A stretch of DNA of 64,000 nt from NCBI GenBank assembly GCA_050015395.1, contig JBEKBM010000001.1, positions 1-64,000 of the forward strand. The letters run 5' to 3'. The stretch comes from Candidatus Bathyarchaeia archaeon (GTDB lineage Archaea > Thermoproteota > Bathyarchaeia > Bathyarchaeales > Bathycorpusculaceae). The notes below the pieces were generated by a model. The model made no database searches, was not told where the DNA came from, and saw only the letters and a program-made list of their open reading frames with translations. Below, one piece after another: positions 59,801-64,000 of this stretch (position 1 is its first letter; the number at the start of each line of letters is the position of its first letter). The translations under genes were made by a program, and so were the position numbers.

Positions 59801-61348
59801 TTAGAAAAGCTGGGTTGCATCCTGCATTTGCTTAATTAGGGCAGTATAGCGTTTTTTTGCAAAATTAACTATTGTTTCTCTTAATTTTTCCCCGTTTTCT
59901 TTTGAATTCCTTATTTCTTTGAGTTTGGATGCTAATTTTTGGTCTCTAAGCGAGTTTTGTGCCCAGCTTTCAAAGTCTCCATTGCAAACGTGGAACTCTA
60001 TGGCTTTGGCGTTAACTTCTTTGAGTGCTTTAATGAATCCTTTCAAGCTCCAAGCCATGGTTCCCGTGTAATATTCCCTTCCAACGCCCGTGTAGAACAG
60101 GAAAGGTTCATTCGCCGTTAAAATCGCCATCCTAAGCCTAGCTTCAAAATCGTTTAGCAACGTTTGCGCTGCCACGAAAGCATCCATGGGCGATTCGAAT
60201 GGGCTGAAGTAAGAGTGTACTTCTCCTGGTCCACCGCCTGCAGTGAACATGTAGTATAAGTGGTCGCTTATTTGGAAGTCACGCCACAGTTTGAGAAATT
60301 CGCTGTCGTCTGCCTCTTTTATGAATGGCTCCAATCGCCGCAATGTAGTATAGTATGCCCATTGCATAACGTTGCCAAGCCACCCAGTTTGGTCCCTTTG
60401 GATATCTGCCCAGGAAACGGTGCCTCCTGCTTCCGGCACATCAATTTCGCCTGCTGACCTATGTCTATCTACCACTTCGGAAGGCGTAGCCATCTGCAAA
60501 TGCTCAAACTTCAATATCTCTTCGGGAAGGTGCTGAAGGAAGCTGTGGATGCCTGTTTCTGGCCAATGGTGTTCGCCGAAGGTTTCGTAATCAGGGAAAA
60601 CATTGATGCATTCACCTGGTGTGCCTGCTAACCAACCTGCATATTTATCCGCTGTTAGAGGCCATTCGGGCCACCACCTTGCTGAAAACCGAAAGCCGAT
60701 GTCGTCTGTTAGTTTATAGTTGCGGAGTAATACGCGAATTTTTTTAGCGCCTTTCGGAGTGTAAATGTAGTTTGGGGATTTTTCGCCAAGGATTTTCTCG
60801 ACGCCTTCAGTGTAGATGCCCTTGTAGCCTATGGATTCAACCGTTTTAGCTATGGTGTTGTTGTAGAGAAGTTCGGTGTTCTCAAAAATGTTCGGTGTAT
60901 AGCCTAGTAAGTCTTTTACGGTTTGCCTGTGCATTTTTGCCTGCTCAATGAACTCTTCTTTGTCAGGATAAAGGCTGGAAATTGAGTGATAGTAGGTTTG
61001 GTTTAAAAATTCCACGCGCCCAGTGGCGGCAAGTTGCTTGAAAGTTTCTAGGAGGTCTTGGTCAAACATTTCACATTGCTCAAGGAACACTCCTGAAATA
61101 CTGAATGAGACTTTAACCTGCTTGCGCTCATGCTTGTGCTTATCTATTGAGTCGAGCAGTATCTGGTTTGAAGGAAAATAGCATTTGCGCGCAGCACGCT
61201 TGAAAATTTCCCTGTCAACCTCATTATCAAAATAGTAATTGAACAGTTCTTCTTTCTTCAAGCGCCTGAAAACTTTGCCTTCCCAAAACAAGCTTCGCCT
61301 TAGCCTGTGCGGCTGATGAACCTCGAAAGTGAAAACAACATCCGTCAT
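59801..61348 (-). CDS. GH57 alpha-amylase with C-terminal DUF5752
   Basis: FEVHQPHRL, QTYYHS, NTELLY, DYETFGEH, SWAD, SDHLYYM; IEFH..NGDF..W. Confidence 0.92.
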   Translation of the reverse strand: MTDVVFTFEVHQPHRLRRSLFWEGKVFRRLKKEELFNYYFDNEVDREIFKRAARKCYFPSNQILLDSIDKHKHERKQVKVSFSISGVFLEQCEMFDQDLLETFKQLAATGRVEFLNQTYYHSISSLYPDKEEFIEQAKMHRQTVKDLLGYTPNIFENTELLYNNTIAKTVESIGYKGIYTEGVEKILGEKSPNYIYTPKGAKKIRVLLRNYKLTDDIGFRFSARWWPEWPLTADKYAGWLAGTPGECINVFPDYETFGEHHWPETGIHSFLQHLPEEILKFEHLQMATPSEVVDRHRSAGEIDVPEAGGTVSWADIQRDQTGWLGNVMQWAYYTTLRRLEPFIKEADDSEFLKLWRDFQISDHLYYMFTAGGGPGEVHSYFSPFESPMDAFVAAQTLLNDFEARLRMAILTANEPFLFYTGVGREYYTGTMAWSLKGFIKALKEVNAKAIEFHVCNGDFESWAQNSLRDQKLASKLKEIRNSKENGEKLRETIVNFAKKRYTALIKQMQDATQLF

Positions 61349-61443
61349 AACTCTTACCCTTAAGCACATAATATCATAAGGTACATTTATTTTTAATCTG
61401 CCATTTCTTTGACGGCGAAACGGTTGCATGCCCGGCGCCAGCA

Positions 61444-61754
61444 ATGAGACTATTACTTGACGAGATAGGAAACAACAACTGCAATTTACCCTATACAATT
61501 GCGATGGCCAAAACCAGCGAACCTAACTCTGCAACAAGCCAATTCTTCATAAATCTAGTAGACAACGGTAACAACATTGTAGATAGCTCTGGCAGGAAAT
61601 TTGATTCTGCCTACAAAGTTTTCGGAACCGTTATCTCAGGACAAAGCGTTGTTGAAGCAATAGCTAATGCTCAGTGACCACAAATCCTTATACAGGCGAA
61701 GATAGTCAGCCAGTGAACTTAGTCACCGTAATTAAAGCATCAATTATATCATAA
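61444..61754 (+). pseudogene. Cyclophilin-type PPIase remnant
   Basis: TIAMA...NSATSQFFIN..DN...Y.VFG.V..G..VV. N-terminal half absent; frameshift at ~61674 continues VTTNPYTGEDSQPVNLVTVIKASIIS*. Confidence 0.8.
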
Positions 61755-61789
61755 TCCAGATAATCAGTGAATCCGTAAGTGGGTTAGGT

Positions 61790-61858
61790 TTGTGTGCTCT
61801 ACTGCCTACCAGGTAGGTGTAGTTATATACGTTTTGACGGTACATTTTGACGGTACAG
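61790..61858 (+). repeat. Dispersed ~69-bp promoter-like repeat, copy B
   Basis: Inverted copy of 11845..11913 with no cognate ORF downstream. Confidence 0.85.
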
Positions 61859-62060
61859 TTGGGCTGGCGGTAAAGTTTGAGTGGTTTCTTGGCGTGGATT
61901 GCTCAGGCTTCTGCAGGTAAAACGCTCTTAGGCGTCGTTGAAGGCTTTCAAGCAGCCTTAAGCTGGCTTGCAACTATGCTTAGCAAGTAAAAGCGTTATA
62001 CCCAAGCAGGTGCCAGACACTTTCGGAACTAATGGATAAAAGAAAAAAATTAAAGAATGG

Positions 62061-62264
62061 CTATTTTTTCTTCTCTTCTTTCTCTTTCGGCTTCGAACCG
62101 ATTTCAACGCATAAAATATTTACCTGATAGTTTTTGTCGCCAACCTGCATTTTTCCTTGAGCATGATAGCCTCTGCTTCCAGTCTTGAAATTCTTCTCAC
62201 CGCTCAAGATGAAAGTCTGTTTTGCACCTTTAAGTTGAATTGTTGCCATATCTACGTCGCTCAT
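62061..62264 (-). CDS. Small conserved hypothetical beta-rich protein
   Basis: KNFKTGSRGYHAQGK...YQVN...IGSK; GGTGA RBS. Confidence 0.7.
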   Translation of the reverse strand: MSDVDMATIQLKGAKQTFILSGEKNFKTGSRGYHAQGKMQVGDKNYQVNILCVEIGSKPKEKEEKKK

Positions 62265-62320
62265 TTCAAAGTCACCAATGAAAATTAGACAGTGCTTTGT
62301 GCCTTTTCACCTTTTCGCTT

Positions 62321-62797
62321 TCACTCTCTTCTTGAGCGGTGAAAATCTATAGCTAACATGAAAATAAAGGGCAAAGAAAGATAGAAAAACGCAAAAAACG
62401 CGTTACCAAACAGTTGAGAATATGCGTGCGGGAGGTTCGGGTCTGATAAGTTTAGACCAAAGTTTTTCACTACCCCTAAGAGGACGGAACTTATCGCGGT
62501 TAATCCTAAACTGACTAAGAATTGTATGAAAATCCTTTTGTCTCTTCCAACAATGAAGTTTGTGATGACAGAGGATAAAACAAACATCCAAGCAAAGGAA
62601 AAAAGAAAGATGCCCACGGCAATGTTAGAATTTAACCATGAAGCGATAAGCGGAGCAGAAACTTGGAAAAAAGAGATTATTGTGGTTAGGGCTGTTTTAG
62701 TAAAAATTTGGTAACTTACTATTAAAACCCAAGCTACAGCCAAGCAGACGGAAGTTACCACAATTCCCCTCGCCAAACAAGCCACCGAACCATTCAA
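62321..62797 (-). CDS. Four-TM hypothetical membrane protein
   Basis: Four hydrophobic helices. Confidence 0.65.
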   Translation of the reverse strand: MNGSVACLARGIVVTSVCLAVAWVLIVSYQIFTKTALTTIISFFQVSAPLIASWLNSNIAVGIFLFSFAWMFVLSSVITNFIVGRDKRIFIQFLVSLGLTAISSVLLGVVKNFGLNLSDPNLPHAYSQLFGNAFFAFFYLSLPFIFMLAIDFHRSRRE

Positions 62798-63045
62798 TCA
62801 CATAGCCGTTTTATAACATTTACCATTCAAATTAACCATTCAACCCAAGCTCTCTCCAGTTAACCCTCTTTATGCTACTTAAACTACCAAACAAAAAGCA
62901 GACCATATCTACACTATTGATGTAATTTTCAAGCAATAGTGCGCCTACCCTACCCTCTTTTTAATCCTAATTTTCATACCTAAAAAGCGTCTACTCCACC
63001 TCCCGCATATCTTTTAAAAACACTAAAACATATTCAAAGCAAAAA

Positions 63046-63059
63046 TTGGTGCGGTCGCC
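63046..63059 (-). repeat. Duplicated tRNA-Gly 3' end (att-like site)
   Basis: TTGGTGCGGTCGCC identical to 63824-63837, followed by a degenerate T-arm (AGATTCAAGCAGG). Confidence 0.8.
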
Positions 63060-63172
63060 AAGATTCAAGCAGGAGTTACCACTAGCCAATTTTCGCTGGT
63101 CTGCTTTATCACAAAAGACATCTTGATAGTTACTGGAAATGCTTTTTAGTATGACTGCATCTAAGTACGACT

Positions 63173-63403
63173 ATGAATAAGTCGTCTCACATTCGAGTCA
63201 AACGGAAAGGGCAGGTTACTATTCCACTGGAGTTCAGGTCAAAGCTTGGCATAGAGGAGGGAGCCCTTCTGGAAATTAAAGAAGAAGAAGGCACAATTGT
63301 ACTCAAACCTACCCCTCGATTGAAGGCAGGCAAAGTTGTGGGTGAAGAAGAGTATAAAAAAATTATCCGTGAACTTGATGAAGGCCGGAGAAACTGGCGT
63401 TGA
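63173..63403 (+). CDS. vapB: AbrB/MazE-type antitoxin
   Basis: KGQVTIP.EFR.KLGI.EG...IVLKP. Confidence 0.92.
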   Translation: MNKSSHIRVKRKGQVTIPLEFRSKLGIEEGALLEIKEEEGTIVLKPTPRLKAGKVVGEEEYKKIIRELDEGRRNWR

Positions 63404-63801
63404 CAAGCGTAGCTGATACACGTCTTCTGCTTACCCTAGAGTTTCCGCCAAACGAGGATCTTGCGGCAAAGGCAGAGGATTTTGTTGAAAAAGAAACCGC
63501 AAGGCAGCTACTTGCGCCCTCCATTGTTATAACTGAATTCATTAAATATGCCGGAGCAAGAATTGGTGAAGATGCAGCTAGGACAAGGATAAGGCTACTC
63601 AAAGAGAAGGGATTAAGAATAATACCCATAGATGAAAAAGACGCACTAACTGCAGGAAGCCTGCTTCTTGCACACCGAAACGTGCCCATTGCCGACGCCT
63701 TAATCGCTTCCTTTGTAAAAAACGGAGCAGCAGAATACGTGATTACAGATGACTTGCACTTTAAGACATTAGGTGTTAAAACTAAATGGATATACGAGTA
63801 A
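63400..63801 (+). CDS. vapC: VapC PIN-domain toxin
   Basis: ADT, VITE, IADALIA, ITDDLHF; overlaps the antitoxin by 4 bp. Confidence 0.92.
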   Translation: MTSVADTRLLLTLEFPPNEDLAAKAEDFVEKETARQLLAPSIVITEFIKYAGARIGEDAARTRIRLLKEKGLRIIPIDEKDALTAGSLLLAHRNVPIADALIASFVKNGAAEYVITDDLHFKTLGVKTKWIYE

Positions 63802-63824
63802 GCGGCAAACTGCACAAGAGGAGT

Positions 63825-63903
63825 TGGTGCGGTCGCCGGGATTTGAACCCGGGATCATTAGCTTGGAAGGCTAATGTCCTAAACCAGACTAGACGACGAC
63901 CGC
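63825..63903 (-). tRNA. tRNA-Gly(TCC), canonical
   Basis: GCGGTCG/CGACCGC acceptor, TTAGC-CTTCCAA-GCTAA, CCGGG-TTCAAAT-CCCGG, ACCA end. Confidence 0.96.
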
Positions 63904-64000
63904 GCAAGATAAGTCCATATCCTTCAGCGTAATTTAAATTTATCTGGGTTAAGGATAATTTGGTTAAAGCACACGAGTTGTTTTCAACGCCTGCTATTTT

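Noticed and set aside
61675-61677. TGA in the cyclophilin fragment as possible selenocysteine
   Set aside because: The continuation is frameshifted and the N-terminal half is missing, indicating a pseudogene.
1284-63815. Numerous 60-150 aa ORFs antisense to or nested in well-supported genes
   Set aside because: Shadow ORFs of the real coding strand, with no independent motifs.

Overview
Archaeal chromosomal window, about 42% GC by eye. It is most consistent with Ca. Bathyarchaeia, inferred from rps15-recJ-pcc1, an intron-containing tRNA-Arg, a Cren7-like protein, a ribophorin-like protein, bzd-type activases and DUF5752 proteins. Left to right it holds: (1) an IS right-end remnant; (2) an ATP-dependent low-potential reductase cluster (double-cubane/HgdB-family protein, BzdP/BzdQ-type activases, BzdM-like ferredoxin, two NapH-like membrane polyferredoxins, a large surface protein, a DsbD_2 protein) with traces of duplication and reciprocal erosion; (3) housekeeping genes; (4) a ~20 kb copper, oxidative-stress and redox region; (5) an array of KGG hydrophilin genes; (6) glycogen and glycolysis genes including a bacterial-type GAPDH; (7) EndoQ, TldD/PmbA, and an AbrB-VapC pair integrated at tRNA-Gly. 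The strongest candidate for an undescribed system is a 2.54 kb transposase-less element at 26658-29200. It has perfect 22-bp terminal inverted repeats and an 8/9-bp target-site duplication. It carries a PIN nuclease, a wHTH/UPF0175 partner, a divergent possibly TGT-like barrel protein and an atypical second tRNA-Gly(TCC). Several dispersed MITE-like repeats and two apparent non-canonical start codons were also found. All protein family calls come from motif recognition by eye; no database search was run.
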